A stretch of 64,000 nucleotides of DNA from an uncultured Bacteroidia bacterium (GCA_902787095.1 CADAFC010000001.1:9537-73536); one strand, 5' to 3'; counted from the stretch's first letter, positions 26,522 through 37,982 are shown. Translations and numbers: made by a program. The notes: generated by a model from the sequence alone, not told the origin.

Positions 26522-27544
26522 TCAGTGTTTTAATCCGTTTTTCAACCTCATCACTCTCATCATCAGAACAGGAAAATGGTTGAACATCCAGATTTTTCGT
26601 TTGTTTTTTGCCGATGTTTTATATTGCGATAGCGGAAACACATTCAATTTGCGTAATTCATTAAAACTACATCTTATTGGCTGTGTGCCCAACACAGCAG
26701 CATTTGTCAAATACGACAGCGAAGCATGTGAAATCATCATATTGTACCACATAACTATCTTATCACGCAAGACGCTGTCAATGTTTGTGTCGGAATGTAT
26801 ATTGTGTTTTTCTTCCTGTAGAAGCCTCATCAACAAGAGATATCCGTCGTTTTTTCTTTTGACGGCATTGGGATTTGTGGCTTTCACCAACGAGTCGCTG
26901 CGTTCCTGATAGTTATAAACCACGGTGTCGCATATCCCGATACGTTCGGCTTTCATCAGCACCAACGGCAGCCATGGCGTGTCGTCGAAATAATCGCCGG
27001 TAAAACACCAAATTTGATTTTTGACGATGATATCGGTACGGTAAAAATATCTCCAGATGTTGCAGGCGATGTCCAGACGGTCTGCGAGAAACTCCGCGCC
27101 GGACATCACACAAGGCGAGTAGTCGAACTGCAATTCGAAATCGCGTTTTTTAACCGGATGGTAATTCTCATCTACAATATTATAGTTGAACCGCAGCATG
27201 TCAAGCTGCTGCCCTTCCATTTTCTGCAAGAGTCCGCCGAAAACATTCGGTTCGACATAGTCGTCGGGGTCAACGAAGTAGAGATATTTGCCAGTAGCAT
27301 GTCGCATGCCATTATTACGCGCCCCGGAAGGCCCTTGGTTCTCCTGTGTCAACACCACTATTGAGTCAGGATGCCCGGCTTGGTAGCGTTTTGCCACCTG
27401 TTCTGAGTCATCAGGACTGCCGTCGTTGATGCATATTATCTCCAAGTCGGACTCGGCGATATCCTGATTCAGAATGCTGTCGAGACATTTGGGCAGCCAT
27501 TCCGCCGAGTTGTACATGGGGACTATGACGCTAAGGCGTTTCAT
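26522..27544 (-). CDS. GT2 family glycosyltransferase
   Basis: 340 aa with LSVIVPMYNSAEWLPKCLDSILNQ and INDGSPDDS, plus a DPDD motif. Confidence 0.85.
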   Translation of the reverse strand: MKRLSVIVPMYNSAEWLPKCLDSILNQDIAESDLEIICINDGSPDDSEQVAKRYQAGHPDSIVVLTQENQGPSGARNNGMRHATGKYLYFVDPDDYVEPNVFGGLLQKMEGQQLDMLRFNYNIVDENYHPVKKRDFELQFDYSPCVMSGAEFLADRLDIACNIWRYFYRTDIIVKNQIWCFTGDYFDDTPWLPLVLMKAERIGICDTVVYNYQERSDSLVKATNPNAVKRKNDGYLLLMRLLQEEKHNIHSDTNIDSVLRDKIVMWYNMMISHASLSYLTNAAVLGTQPIRCSFNELRKLNVFPLSQYKTSAKNKRKIWMFNHFPVLMMRVMRLKNGLKH

Positions 27545-28359
27545 TTTTTGAGTTTTTCCAACTTAAACAAGCATCTCTCGAGGAACCAGACTGATTTATA
27601 AGCCCATTTGTGGCGTTTCAAACGTTTCATCTGGTCGATTGACTCTGACCATGCATCGTAGTCAGCCAAAATGGTGGGATTGACCATTTCTTCGAGGGCT
27701 TTTCGTTTCTCATTGTCTCTCAACGACATATTGGTCTCGCTGATGCCTGTCATGTCGAACAAGGTGACGTTCAAATCGACATATTTCGGTTTTTCGCCAC
27801 CGAAAATTATTGTCTGAAGATACCATTTCCAGTCGGAGACGATTTTCAGGTTCTCGTCGTAATAGCCGTATTTTTCAAACAAATCGCGGCGGATATAAGC
27901 CGGGTCGTGATTCAGTGTGCCCGTATACATACCAAGCATGGTGATTTCCTCTCCAGCGAAGCCTTTGTCAACCTTCTGACGTCCATTGGGAAAGCATTTC
28001 ACCATGTTCCCGTAGAAGATGGGAGGGTTTTCTTCTTTTTCAAGGGCCGAAAGCATCTTTTCCGTCACATCATCAGCTGCGAGACAGTCGGCCGAGTTCA
28101 AGATTTGTATATACTCGCCCGAAGCCATGTGTATGCCTTTGTTCATGGCGTTGTAGATGCCGCTGTCGGGCTCCGAGAGCCATTTGAGATGTTTGAACTC
28201 CGGCTCCAGGTTTTTAATCACCTCAACGCTGCCGTCGGTGGAAGCACCGTCAACGACGATGTACTCAAACTCTTTGAATGTCTGAACTGCCACGCTTTGC
28301 ATGGTCTTTTCGAGGCCTGCAGCGTTGTTGCGATTGATAGTGATTATTGAGAGTTTCAT
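27541..28359 (-). CDS. GT2 family glycosyltransferase
   Basis: 272 aa with [21 protein letters not shown] and [10 protein letters not shown]. Confidence 0.85.
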   Translation of the reverse strand: MKLSIITINRNNAAGLEKTMQSVAVQTFKEFEYIVVDGASTDGSVEVIKNLEPEFKHLKWLSEPDSGIYNAMNKGIHMASGEYIQILNSADCLAADDVTEKMLSALEKEENPPIFYGNMVKCFPNGRQKVDKGFAGEEITMLGMYTGTLNHDPAYIRRDLFEKYGYYDENLKIVSDWKWYLQTIIFGGEKPKYVDLNVTLFDMTGISETNMSLRDNEKRKALEEMVNPTILADYDAWSESIDQMKRLKRHKWAYKSVWFLERCLFKLEKLKK

Positions 28360-29012
28360 TTTGTATCTTTCAAAAACGCATCAACATTCCAAAAATGGCG
28401 TTCAACTTTTTTCAGGTCTTCATCCGGGCCGTTCCACCATTGTTTCTCAAGCAAAGCTTTTCTTGTGTCCTCATCGAAGCGGTATTTCACCACTCTGGCC
28501 GGTACGCCGACCGCGACGGCGTATGGCGGGACATCTTCAACCACCACGGCTCCGGCACCGACGACGGCGCCGTCGCCGATTTTCACACCGCTGAGCACAA
28601 AGACGTTGGCTCCTATAAAGACATCGTTACCAATCAACGTCTGCTTGTGTTCTTCAACTTTATCCTCCTTGCACAATGTCATTCCATTCTGCCCGGCTGT
28701 TGAATAAAACATCGGGGCTGTAGATATCCCATTGGTGGGATGGATTCCCGCGCCACAACAGAAATTGGGGCCGATAGAGCAGAATTTTCCAATAATGCAA
28801 TGATTGACATAGCTGTTTCTTGCAATATACGAATAGTCGCCAAGCTGCACGTCGTGTAGAAACCATGGGGCTCTCACCTTGGTAAACCTGCCCAAACCGA
28901 CATTTGAGCTTTCTGATTTTACCAACGAATAGCCAATGGTCTTGCCTTGGGGTATTATTGGACTGTCAAGCCAGCGGCCAAACAGTTTCTGTATGTAATA
29001 TATCAGCTTCAT
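28356..29012 (-). CDS. Left-handed beta-helix (hexapeptide repeat) O-/N-acetyltransferase
   Basis: Hexapeptide repeats ([49 protein letters not shown]). The start is set at the ATG that forms an ATGA overlap with the upstream stop. The ORF could extend to 29030. Confidence 0.85.
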   Translation of the reverse strand: MKLIYYIQKLFGRWLDSPIIPQGKTIGYSLVKSESSNVGLGRFTKVRAPWFLHDVQLGDYSYIARNSYVNHCIIGKFCSIGPNFCCGAGIHPTNGISTAPMFYSTAGQNGMTLCKEDKVEEHKQTLIGNDVFIGANVFVLSGVKIGDGAVVGAGAVVVEDVPPYAVAVGVPARVVKYRFDEDTRKALLEKQWWNGPDEDLKKVERHFWNVDAFLKDTK

Positions 29013-29980
29013 GATTGTTTTTTTCGCCATGGGCCTTCGTGACCCAGAAGATGCTTGATTCTTTTATTCCATCGATATTGCCAACGTTTTATTCCCGACA
29101 TTCCGTATTCGTAAGGAATAATGAAACGTTTCATCATATAATTGTCGATTTTTTTGTCTTTTTTAACGTTTTTAGGATGCTTCAACGGCATAATGTTGCC
29201 TGTAGTCTGATATAGCAGGCCTCTTGAATCATTGTTTGTATGGGTTGCATCAACGCCGCTGCCTATGTTCTCCACCAGATTCACCATCGGGCAAACAGCC
29301 AGCATGCCTTCCTTCCAAACTGAAAAATAAAACTGATAGTCCCAGCATGAGTCGTCAAAGCGGTTTGTCTTGACAGCACCAAATATCTCCATCCAATATT
29401 CACGCTGACGTATTGATTTATAGTAGTTTTTGATTATATGTCTGAAACTATCGGAATCTAAATCTTTCAAATAATAATCAAACAACTTCCAGGTGCGTCG
29501 CCATGTCGCCCAGCCCCATGTCTGGTGATGGCCGGAGCCAAAAACGTACGATTCATTAGTGCCGGTTTTATAGCCATAGTTGCAACCGCCGATAAAACCT
29601 ACTCGTTCATCGTCTTTATACTTGTCCAACAGCTCTTCGCAATAAGGGAAGAAGCTTGGATTCGGGAGGCAGTCGTCTTCAAAGATAACCCCTTGCTCCA
29701 CATTGTCGAAAAACCAAGAGATGGCAGTCATAGGTCCGTGTCCGCAACCCATGTTTTTGTCGGAATAAAAAGTGTGCAGCCTCACTTCTGAGCCTGATGT
29801 CGTTTCCTCCACCACATTTTTAACCTCGGCACATTTACGTTTGTCGTCTTCATTGCCTTCTCTTGCACCATCTTGAAACACGTACAAATCCTCAGGCTTT
29901 GCTGCCAATATGGATTTCAGCACTTTGCGAGTGTATTCAGGACGGTTAAAAGTTATTAAAAGAACAGGAACTGATGTCAT
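29009..29980 (-). CDS. GT-A glycosyltransferase (GT2/GT13-like)
   Basis: 323 aa with [21 protein letters not shown] and an EDD motif (VIFEDDCLP). Confidence 0.65.
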   Translation of the reverse strand: MTSVPVLLITFNRPEYTRKVLKSILAAKPEDLYVFQDGAREGNEDDKRKCAEVKNVVEETTSGSEVRLHTFYSDKNMGCGHGPMTAISWFFDNVEQGVIFEDDCLPNPSFFPYCEELLDKYKDDERVGFIGGCNYGYKTGTNESYVFGSGHHQTWGWATWRRTWKLFDYYLKDLDSDSFRHIIKNYYKSIRQREYWMEIFGAVKTNRFDDSCWDYQFYFSVWKEGMLAVCPMVNLVENIGSGVDATHTNNDSRGLLYQTTGNIMPLKHPKNVKKDKKIDNYMMKRFIIPYEYGMSGIKRWQYRWNKRIKHLLGHEGPWRKKQS

Positions 29981-29992
29981 AGGACAACATAT

Positions 29993-31240
29993 TTAAAAAA
30001 AATGACGGACAATATATTTGGATATTTTTCTAACGGTTTTTTCCTTGAGGCTTTGCGGTAACGGGATATACCTGAAAACTTTGCTGATGCGTTTGGTCTG
30101 CTGATCCCTGTATTTTGTGATTTCACGAGCGAGAATCCCGGCATCGTGTTCCGAGAAAGAAAGCCTGTGGGCCAATGAACGCTCGTCATCCCACAATATC
30201 CATCTTAAATACTTCCCAAACATCTTTCTCGGGAAACGGCAAGCTTCCTGCTGTTTTGGTGAAAGGCCTATTGCCCGGCACATCTCTTCACTGGGGTACA
30301 CGAAAAATGGGCCCGCATAGGGGAACCTGTCGTCATTCATTATACTCAGGTCCGTATCCACTGTGGTAACATCAAAAGCTCCCAGTTTGTTGATAATGGT
30401 CTGATACTTATTTTCATAATTGGCCTTTCGTAGCATTATCAAACGGATTCCGGGACGGCAGAAAACGCTATTGTGTCCAATGCTGCTTTCGAATGACATG
30501 ACCGTCGAGGCCGAACGGAGAACCGATATCTGCTCCTGTAAGGTATGCTCGCCTGGGTAGTATATCATGAAACCTGCGCGGCGCGCCTCTTTTTCAATGC
30601 TTTTCACGCCCCAAGTCCTAAGTCCCGGCCTTTCTGAAAGGAACACTTTCTGCCACTTTTTATCGTCTAAACGTAAAGTGGGCTTGGCATTTGAGATAAT
30701 CAACTGTATGGTCTCCATATACTCTTCGCTGACCAAGCCTTTCGTGTAATTGAAACTTATATCGGGGACAATTACCGACCTGAATAGCACCGGATGGTCA
30801 ATAAAACGTAATTTGCTTATATCGACTCCAGCCAACCTGACCAATTCCAGAAAATTTCCTGACAGCGGCTGTAGCCCCCAATAATACAAACGTTTATCGG
30901 CATGATTCTTCAGGTAGTCCTCCGTGCGAAGCCACCACAATTGCTTCAGACAGTCTGTAATGGCATGTCCCCAGACGGGAGACATACACCCGATAAACAC
31001 GACATCGTCATCAACATAATCAGCCTCACCTGGGTCAAAATCATAAGATGCCAGTGAACTGGGAAAGAGTGCCGACTCTGTTATCCAGACACCGTCGCAG
31101 CACAACCCACCGCCGATTTCACGAGTGTCGTCCTCCGCCGTGAAGGGCAGCGCCGGCAATGCATAACAATTTTTGTATGTACTATATGACAGCATATTTT
31201 CCGTAATTAAAGGAACAATAGTATCATTTATGGCAAACAT
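29993..31240 (-). CDS. GT61/DUF563 family glycosyltransferase
   Basis: 415 aa. The C-terminal pattern is typical of DUF563 (VFLSERPGLRTWG..., EQISVLRSASTVMSFESSIGHNSVF). Confidence 0.65.
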   Translation of the reverse strand: MFAINDTIVPLITENMLSYSTYKNCYALPALPFTAEDDTREIGGGLCCDGVWITESALFPSSLASYDFDPGEADYVDDDVVFIGCMSPVWGHAITDCLKQLWWLRTEDYLKNHADKRLYYWGLQPLSGNFLELVRLAGVDISKLRFIDHPVLFRSVIVPDISFNYTKGLVSEEYMETIQLIISNAKPTLRLDDKKWQKVFLSERPGLRTWGVKSIEKEARRAGFMIYYPGEHTLQEQISVLRSASTVMSFESSIGHNSVFCRPGIRLIMLRKANYENKYQTIINKLGAFDVTTVDTDLSIMNDDRFPYAGPFFVYPSEEMCRAIGLSPKQQEACRFPRKMFGKYLRWILWDDERSLAHRLSFSEHDAGILAREITKYRDQQTKRISKVFRYIPLPQSLKEKTVRKISKYIVRHFF

Positions 31241-33239
31241 TGGCTTTCAGGCCATGTTTTCTTAAAACATTTATTCGTTTCCAACTCATCCAAACGACGG
31301 CACCGGTTATATACAATCGGTGTTTAAACAGCCATATCACCTTGTTTTTTAATGACGACTGCATTGGAAAACCATCAAGCAGCTCAGGAAAATTCTTCTT
31401 CATTGTTTTGGCGTCCCGAGCCACCTTCTTTATCCAGTATAATCTTTTCCAAAACGAGGAATGTCTGACCACATAATCAAAAGGCAACATGCTGTCGCAA
31501 GGACGCAGAACGCTATCTTTGATCCAATCAGTCAGGCCTTCTGTTTTGATGTAGCCGAGAGCTATGTCGGTAAACAGGAAACTCGGGTTTTGATACGATG
31601 CGATATGCAGTATCAGTGCTTGAGCGGTAAAAGTGTTCTGTGTGAAGACGATACAATTGTAAATATCCGGGATCCGTTTAATGACATACCCCAGGTCTCT
31701 GTTTGCCTTGGCAAGTGCTGGCTGGTCGATTGACAAACCGTTCTGGAAGCCTTCTTCCCAGTTTTTATGCCACTGTTCATATATCTGATGTGTTGTGGGG
31801 CTGTCTTTCACGTAAATCACGCCGCTTGAGAAATACTCTTTTTCATGGTTAAGGTCGACACCGACCTGTATGGTGGCTTCCGATGCCGACTTCATCAGGT
31901 CATCACAGAAGTCTTCCACAAGAAGATGCGACTCCCAGGTGGCGCCGATTTCACAATCGAAGTCATCGATGGCATTCAGGCTGCCGCAAATAAGAGTGTC
32001 GCTGTCGATGTATAGGAAGTCACCGTCTATCAGCTGTCTGACTGATGTCTTTATCCAGCGCGAGCGATATTTCATTGAGGCGTTTTCGTCATCAAACGGC
32101 ACCACTATTTTTTCTGTGATGTAGTTAAGCAGTTCCGCGCGTTTGCCTGTCAATAGCTTGTCGGTCTTGTCGTCGACAAGCAGCACTATATGTGCATTCG
32201 GATTATGGTATCGTGCCGACCAAACCGACATCAGAGCCTGTTCGATGTAGGTGCCATTAGGAGAGCATGTCAAGACATACACCAGCTTGGTTCTTGGTGC
32301 GGGAATCCTTTCATCGGTTACCGTACCGAGATGGTAGTAGTCGATTAATCTCTTGAACTGCGCATTATTGTTGCCCAGTACCTCGTTGATATAGAACAGG
32401 CTACCCTCTTTGAATGGGTCATAGCTATCCACTTTGTTTATCGGGGTGTTTAATCCGTATCTGGCGTTTGGCACCAGCCTCACCGGAATGCCTAGTCTTT
32501 TTTCCATTGCCCAGAACCACAGGTCGTCGGCATAAGGAGCCAGCTTCATAAACACATCCTCATTAAAAATCTCTTCGTCGAAAATATGTGGAGGATAAAG
32601 CACGCCGCCGCAGCCTATCAGCGAATACTTCTGGCCGTTTTCTGCAATCACTTTGTCTTTCCACAGCGAATAAGGCAGATATCCGCCGTTTATCTTTTCT
32701 TCGACAAAAGCCCATGTTCCGACGACACACTTCTCATTTGATGCGTTGTACACATCCAGCAGCCATTCCACCAAACGAGTGTTGCAGTACATATCGTCAT
32801 CAACGGTGATTATAATATTGTCGGGGAACATCTTCAACGCCGGAATAAGCTTTTTGTATGAGCGCAAATCGTCGACATAATAAAACTCCACGCCCAGTGA
32901 TTGCAGGTGTTTCAGTATCTCAGGCAGTTTATCCCCGTTCCAGTTGACATTGTCAAGCCAAACGACTATGCGGTTAGGTATTCGTGACTGTTGGAGCAGG
33001 GAATACAGCGCATACGGCAATGTGTCGGTTACTCTGACGCCATAGCTTGTAAGTGACACTATAATATCGCCCGCATCGTCCTGTCGCTTCAGTTGGTTGC
33101 CCTCCAAGGCAAAGATTTGTTTTTCAATCTGAGCCTTGCGCTTAGCATCCTCCTTTCTCAAATGCCTGCAGTACAATTTGTGTTTGATGGCTTTTTTGGC
33201 ACTGTAATATCCGACAATATCTAAGATTTTATAAGTCAT
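31224..33239 (-). CDS. Two-domain glycosyltransferase (two GT-A-like modules, second GT8-like)
   Basis: 671 aa. Module 1 has IIVSLTSYGVRV... and ITVDDDMY. Module 2 has LVYVLTCSPNGTYIEQALMSVWSARYHNP... and LYIDSDTLI (DXD). Confidence 0.65.
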   Translation of the reverse strand: MTYKILDIVGYYSAKKAIKHKLYCRHLRKEDAKRKAQIEKQIFALEGNQLKRQDDAGDIIVSLTSYGVRVTDTLPYALYSLLQQSRIPNRIVVWLDNVNWNGDKLPEILKHLQSLGVEFYYVDDLRSYKKLIPALKMFPDNIIITVDDDMYCNTRLVEWLLDVYNASNEKCVVGTWAFVEEKINGGYLPYSLWKDKVIAENGQKYSLIGCGGVLYPPHIFDEEIFNEDVFMKLAPYADDLWFWAMEKRLGIPVRLVPNARYGLNTPINKVDSYDPFKEGSLFYINEVLGNNNAQFKRLIDYYHLGTVTDERIPAPRTKLVYVLTCSPNGTYIEQALMSVWSARYHNPNAHIVLLVDDKTDKLLTGKRAELLNYITEKIVVPFDDENASMKYRSRWIKTSVRQLIDGDFLYIDSDTLICGSLNAIDDFDCEIGATWESHLLVEDFCDDLMKSASEATIQVGVDLNHEKEYFSSGVIYVKDSPTTHQIYEQWHKNWEEGFQNGLSIDQPALAKANRDLGYVIKRIPDIYNCIVFTQNTFTAQALILHIASYQNPSFLFTDIALGYIKTEGLTDWIKDSVLRPCDSMLPFDYVVRHSSFWKRLYWIKKVARDAKTMKKNFPELLDGFPMQSSLKNKVIWLFKHRLYITGAVVWMSWKRINVLRKHGLKANVCHK

Positions 33240-33241
33240 AG

Positions 33242-34102
33242 CTATTTGCGTTTGAAGATAGAGAACGGTTTCAGGATGAGTTTTCCCAATTTATATGCCT
33301 TTGACGACAGAGCCTGTTCGTTTTGGGATTTCTGAATATTCAATTTCAGCTGGATATAGTCCTTAAAGTCCTTGAACGCGAACTTTTCCACTGGCAGACC
33401 TCTCCTCAGACAGGTGTTGTGGCGGACTATTAAATTGTAATAAAAATTTTTATCCGAGTCGGCTGTCATGGATCCCTTATGTATTCGGTATTTATAGGTA
33501 AAATCATCAAGAATGGCAATACCGCCCTGTTCTTCCAATTTGAAAAACAGATCCGCGTCATCCCCGCCGGTTTTTGCATTGATGTCGATACCTTCAGTTC
33601 TCAGATATGCTTCTTTTTTAAAACCTGCAAAGACCTCCGCCCTATAGTCACGATGCTCGAAATAAGACTCCCCTTCGTTCAAAACCAACTTCCTGCTCTC
33701 CTGCATTACGTTCATGTGTTCATCGCATATATAGTGACGCGAGAAAGTCAGGACAGTGTCTTGTGATTTCATCAGAGCGTCCATTGTCACTTTGATGGCA
33801 TCGGGGAGAATCACATCATCAGGATCAAGGAAACCGCAATAATCGCCATTGGCATGCAACACCAACTGGTGTTTGGTATAACCGCATCCCATGTTTTTGT
33901 CGTTATAATGGACATGAATCCTTCTGTCGTCATCGAGTTTTTTGTATAATTCCTTTGAATTGTCAGTTGAGCCGTCGTCAACAATGACAATCTCCCAATT
34001 CGAATATGACTGTGCATATACGCTCTCAACAGCCTCCATCAAATAACGGCCGTTATTGTAATTGGCAATCAGGACTGAGAAAAGAGGGGCTGTATCCATC
34101 AT
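33242..34102 (-). CDS. GT2 family glycosyltransferase
   Basis: 286 aa with LFSVLIANYNNGRYLMEAVESV, IVDDGSTDNS and a DPDD motif. Confidence 0.85.
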   Translation of the reverse strand: MMDTAPLFSVLIANYNNGRYLMEAVESVYAQSYSNWEIVIVDDGSTDNSKELYKKLDDDRRIHVHYNDKNMGCGYTKHQLVLHANGDYCGFLDPDDVILPDAIKVTMDALMKSQDTVLTFSRHYICDEHMNVMQESRKLVLNEGESYFEHRDYRAEVFAGFKKEAYLRTEGIDINAKTGGDDADLFFKLEEQGGIAILDDFTYKYRIHKGSMTADSDKNFYYNLIVRHNTCLRRGLPVEKFAFKDFKDYIQLKLNIQKSQNEQALSSKAYKLGKLILKPFSIFKRK

Positions 34103-34980
34103 TTTCCAAACAATTTCTTTATTGATCTAAACGGTTTCAGCAACATATTTCCAAGACGGTATGATGCCGTATTCCGTATTCTGACTTCTGTTTGATAGCC
34201 ATATTCATCCAATACAGCTTTCAGATGATTATAAAGAGGCTCTTCCATGGTATCTTCGAGGCCTCTTCGTCTGAAAGCATCGGCCTCTCCGATGAAATTC
34301 CACACAAAAGCTCTCAAAGAATTATCCCCGGTAGAGATGTTTTTACCTGTATTGTTTCTGTAATAATACAAAACCTCAGGCACAAACAGCACCTCACCCA
34401 CTTCTTCAAGTCTGAAATAAAGGTCATGATCGACGGCTCTTTTATAATGGTGATCTATGCCGCCAGTCTTATCGTAAAACACCTTTTTGAAAGTGGCGAA
34501 ATGACTTATCGCAGCGCTTCTCCCGCCCAACTGCAGAAAAGAGCTGTCGGAAGGTATCGCCCGCTGATGTGTCGAAACGGAGTCTGTCTTCACATCGTAA
34601 TACAAAGAATACACCAATGATGCCGACGGGGTGTTCAGATGCGCTTTTACCATAACATCCAAGGCATTCGGGGCCAGATAATCATCCGGGTCGAGAAAAC
34701 CCAATATCTCACCATGGCTTAATTCCGCACATCTTCTCTTAGTGTATCCGCATCCTCTGTTTTCCTCATTGAAATAACAATGGATTCTGCTATCTTCAGC
34801 AAACTTTGAATAAAACTCTTTCGAGTTGTCGGTAGAAGCATCGTCAACGATAATGATTTCCCAATGAGGGTAAGTCTGTTTCAAAACACTATCAACAGCC
34901 TCATGAAGGAACTCCCCGTTATTATAGTTCGCAATCAATACTGAAAACAGCGGTAAAGATGGCTTTAAGCTTTCTTCCAT
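34099..34980 (-). CDS. GT2 family glycosyltransferase (tandem paralog of 33242..34102)
   Basis: LFSVLIANYNNGEFLHEAVDSV, IVDDASTDNS and DPDD. The start is set at ATG 34980 (MEESLKPS). Confidence 0.85.
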   Translation of the reverse strand: MEESLKPSLPLFSVLIANYNNGEFLHEAVDSVLKQTYPHWEIIIVDDASTDNSKEFYSKFAEDSRIHCYFNEENRGCGYTKRRCAELSHGEILGFLDPDDYLAPNALDVMVKAHLNTPSASLVYSLYYDVKTDSVSTHQRAIPSDSSFLQLGGRSAAISHFATFKKVFYDKTGGIDHHYKRAVDHDLYFRLEEVGEVLFVPEVLYYYRNNTGKNISTGDNSLRAFVWNFIGEADAFRRRGLEDTMEEPLYNHLKAVLDEYGYQTEVRIRNTASYRLGNMLLKPFRSIKKLFGK

Positions 34981-36455
34981 ATTCGGTTTACACGAATTTT
35001 TATATACAATCCCGGGGCATATCTCAGGCAATTTGTTTTGCCAAGTGTTGAATAAAGATATTGTTTGACTTGCGTTAACCCGACTTTCTCCAACACAAGC
35101 CAGCGTTTTTCCAAAATCTTGTTATCGATTGGTTTTGCATCCAATGGAAACTGGCTCTCATTGGCGGACAGCGTTTTCCGCACCAATTCATCAAACTGGT
35201 CAGGCTGAATCATGGCGTTTTTCAAACGCTGGCCCTGTTTCTTTCTGTATTCCGCATCATTTATCAGCTTGTCGGCCTCATCAAGGAACTCTTTTTCCGA
35301 ATGATATGAGATTTGAAACTTGTCGTTGACGCACAATGCCTGTTCGGTCTCGTCATCAGGTGTTCCGGGAGCGTAATATTGAAGTATCGGCTTCCCGTTA
35401 ATTGCTGCGAGCTGCGACATCAGCGAGCCGCTGACTGGCGTTGTCCCCATATAGATGTCGCAATGCGCAAAAACCTGATAGATATCTTTACGGAACTCGC
35501 TGTGAATGAAACGTCCTTCAAAATGGTTGTCGGCGACAAACTTCGCCATATCGCTATAGTCTTTATTATCTCTCTTTGTCGCAAATAGGAAAACCACATC
35601 AGGGTGTTTGTCGAGAACACTTTTCACCAAACGCCAGTAGGTTCCTTTTTCGTCAAAGGTCTTGTAATAATCACCTCCGGAAAAAATAACTGTTTTGCCC
35701 TGGCATCCTTCCGGAAAACCTTCAAAAGGATTACCGTCATCAATCGGATAAAACGGCACCATCAGCAGCTGTTCTTTGCGGAATCCTCGTTTTTGCAACG
35801 ATACTGATGCGCCAAAAGGACGAAACTCAATATTGTAATCAATATTGTTTCGGCCAAGCCAAAAGAACTGGTCTCCGAGATTGATGTTATAAACCTTTAT
35901 TTTTTCAGGCAACACGCACAACGGCAATTGTATGATCGAGTACATCGCCTTATGCAGAAACAGCTTTGATGCGTTGAATCCTGTAATTAAACGAAACAGA
36001 TGGTTTGCCCTTTCAAAAGTTGAGACCGAAGGGACAACTTCCACTGCAACGTTGGGTATTTTTTTAATGACATCCAGAACATTGCTGAATTGGGGGTTGT
36101 TCAGTGTGGTTCGCGCTGTGATGTACAATATTTTCTTTCCAAATTTCGACAGAGCCCTCATCCATTGCAGCGCCAACACGTATGATGTGCAGTAGTCGTC
36201 GAAGAACACCCAATGGTTCTCATCAGGTTCATAGTTGCTGGCAAAACTCAAGTCAATCTTTGACTTCGCTATTGTATCCAGCAACTCCTCCAGTTCGTCG
36301 TCGGCATAAATCCAATTGAACTGTGAAGCCACTGTGGTGCAACGGGCAATGAATACCAGGGCGTTGTAAAAGTCACCTTCCTTGACGCTTTTCTGTGCTA
36401 TCTTTTTCAGTCCGCGATAGCCTTGCTTAATATCCCTCAAGCTAACTGGTATCAT
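34965..36455 (-). CDS. Orphan protein, possibly a GT-B (GT41-like C-terminal half)
   Basis: About 496 aa with no TM helix. The C-terminal DIYMGTTPVSGSLMSQLAAINGKPIL resembles the donor-binding half of GT41/SPINDLY-like enzymes, which is weak evidence. The start is set at ATG 36455, next to the upstream stop. Confidence 0.4.
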   Translation of the reverse strand: MIPVSLRDIKQGYRGLKKIAQKSVKEGDFYNALVFIARCTTVASQFNWIYADDELEELLDTIAKSKIDLSFASNYEPDENHWVFFDDYCTSYVLALQWMRALSKFGKKILYITARTTLNNPQFSNVLDVIKKIPNVAVEVVPSVSTFERANHLFRLITGFNASKLFLHKAMYSIIQLPLCVLPEKIKVYNINLGDQFFWLGRNNIDYNIEFRPFGASVSLQKRGFRKEQLLMVPFYPIDDGNPFEGFPEGCQGKTVIFSGGDYYKTFDEKGTYWRLVKSVLDKHPDVVFLFATKRDNKDYSDMAKFVADNHFEGRFIHSEFRKDIYQVFAHCDIYMGTTPVSGSLMSQLAAINGKPILQYYAPGTPDDETEQALCVNDKFQISYHSEKEFLDEADKLINDAEYRKKQGQRLKNAMIQPDQFDELVRKTLSANESQFPLDAKPIDNKILEKRWLVLEKVGLTQVKQYLYSTLGKTNCLRYAPGLYIKIRVNRIWKKA

Positions 36456-36456
36456 A

Positions 36457-37563
36457 TCATGCACCAAATTCATTGACAGCCGAGACGACCTTTTCCATTT
36501 CTTCATTTTTCAGACACGATCCTATCGGCAGACTCAGCTCTTGCTTTGCCAGTCGTTCTGTTATTGGCAACGACAGACCCTCCCATTCGCCGGCATAACA
36601 CTCCTGCAAATGTGGAGGTATCGGATAGTGTATCAATGTCTGGATGTCATGTTGTGCCAAATACCGCTGTAATTCTTCACGACGCTCACACAGAACAGGG
36701 AAAAGATGGTACACGTTGTTCTCATCAGGTAACTGTGTCGGCAATTGTATCATGGGATTTTTTATACCCTCATAGTAACACTTTGCCACTTTCTGCCTTA
36801 AACTATTATCCTCGTCCAGATGGCGCAGCTTCACATCCAACACTGCAGCCTGTATCTCATCCAAGCGGCTGTTGCGTCCGCGGTATTGGTTTACATATTT
36901 CTTTTGACTGCCATAGTTTGCCAAAGCGCGGATGCAGTCTGCAAGCTCCTTGTTGTCGGTGGTCACTGCACCGCCATCACCCAAAGCGCCAAGGTTCTTG
37001 CCGGGATAGAAGCTATGTCCGGCAGCTTCACCCAATGAGCCTGTTCTCTTTCCGTTATACCTGCATCCGTGTGCTTGGGCGTTGTCTTCAACAAGATGCA
37101 AATGGTATTTCGCGCACAACTCACCTATCTTCTCAGTATAAGCGCAACGACCATAGAGATGGACCAGCAAGATTGACTTGGTTTGCGCTGTTATGGCCTC
37201 TTCTATCCTATTCTCATCCAATTCCAGGGTCTCTGGATCGGGTTCCACAAGAACCGCTTTCAATCCATTTTCAGTAATGGCCAAAACGGAAGCGATATAT
37301 GTATTGGCAGGCACTATGACTTCGTCTCCCTTCTGCATGATGCCTGATTCGATATAGGCACGATAAATCCAGATCAGGGCGTCGAGACCGTTTCCGCAAC
37401 CGATGCAATACTCAGTTCCGACATACTCTGCATAATGAGCTTCAAACCGCTCATTCTCAGCACCTTGCAGATACCATCCGCTGTCGACGACACGGTTCAC
37501 TGCCTCATGAATCTCATCGGCATACCTGGCTGTGACATCTTTAAGCGACAAAAACGGTATCAT
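36457..37563 (-). CDS. DegT-family NDP-4-keto/3-keto-6-deoxyhexose aminotransferase (FdtB/QdtB/WecE-like)
   Basis: 368 aa with the full-length DegT pattern (MIPFLSLKD..., [26 protein letters not shown]). It sits immediately downstream of FdtA-like isomerase genes. Confidence 0.85.
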   Translation of the reverse strand: MIPFLSLKDVTARYADEIHEAVNRVVDSGWYLQGAENERFEAHYAEYVGTEYCIGCGNGLDALIWIYRAYIESGIMQKGDEVIVPANTYIASVLAITENGLKAVLVEPDPETLELDENRIEEAITAQTKSILLVHLYGRCAYTEKIGELCAKYHLHLVEDNAQAHGCRYNGKRTGSLGEAAGHSFYPGKNLGALGDGGAVTTDNKELADCIRALANYGSQKKYVNQYRGRNSRLDEIQAAVLDVKLRHLDEDNSLRQKVAKCYYEGIKNPMIQLPTQLPDENNVYHLFPVLCERREELQRYLAQHDIQTLIHYPIPPHLQECYAGEWEGLSLPITERLAKQELSLPIGSCLKNEEMEKVVSAVNEFGA

Positions 37564-37982
37564 AGTGCATTGTTTTTATACAACAAAAACTCGTTGTAAT
37601 CACGGATATAGTCATCCGAATCATATTTATCGGAGGCTAGCACCATACACACCGAGCCTGATGAAAAATCCCCGATGACTCGCCAGTTGCCTTCAGCGAC
37701 GTAAAGCACCTTGTCGGGACGGTTCAAGAAGAACGAGCGTTTCTCCGTGCCGTCGTCGATGACAACAGTGAAACTACCGCTCAGCGCGACTATCAGCTGT
37801 TTCAGGGCTTTGTGGGCATGACCGCCACGCTCGGCGCCGCTCGGCACATCGTAGATGTAATACACCCGTTTGATGTCAAAAGGCACCGTCGTGCCATTCT
37901 CCACCACACAGATGTCGCCTTTGCGGACGCTGTGATGCTTGTCCAGTGTAATTATATGACAATCTTTTACAGAAGATTTCAC
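37560..37982 (-). CDS. dTDP-4-keto-6-deoxyhexose 3,4-ketoisomerase (FdtA/QdtA/WxcM-like cupin)
   Basis: 140 aa with [26 protein letters not shown]...DDG...[17 protein letters not shown]. This matches the FdtA pattern, including the H-A-H dyad. Confidence 0.85.
   Translation of the reverse strand: MKSSVKDCHIITLDKHHSVRKGDICVVENGTTVPFDIKRVYYIYDVPSGAERGGHAHKALKQLIVALSGSFTVVIDDGTEKRSFFLNRPDKVLYVAEGNWRVIGDFSSGSVCMVLASDKYDSDDYIRDYNEFLLYKNNAL

Noticed and set aside
36546-37277. 243-aa plus-strand ORF
   Set aside because: It is antisense to the DegT-family aminotransferase. It is a shadow ORF.
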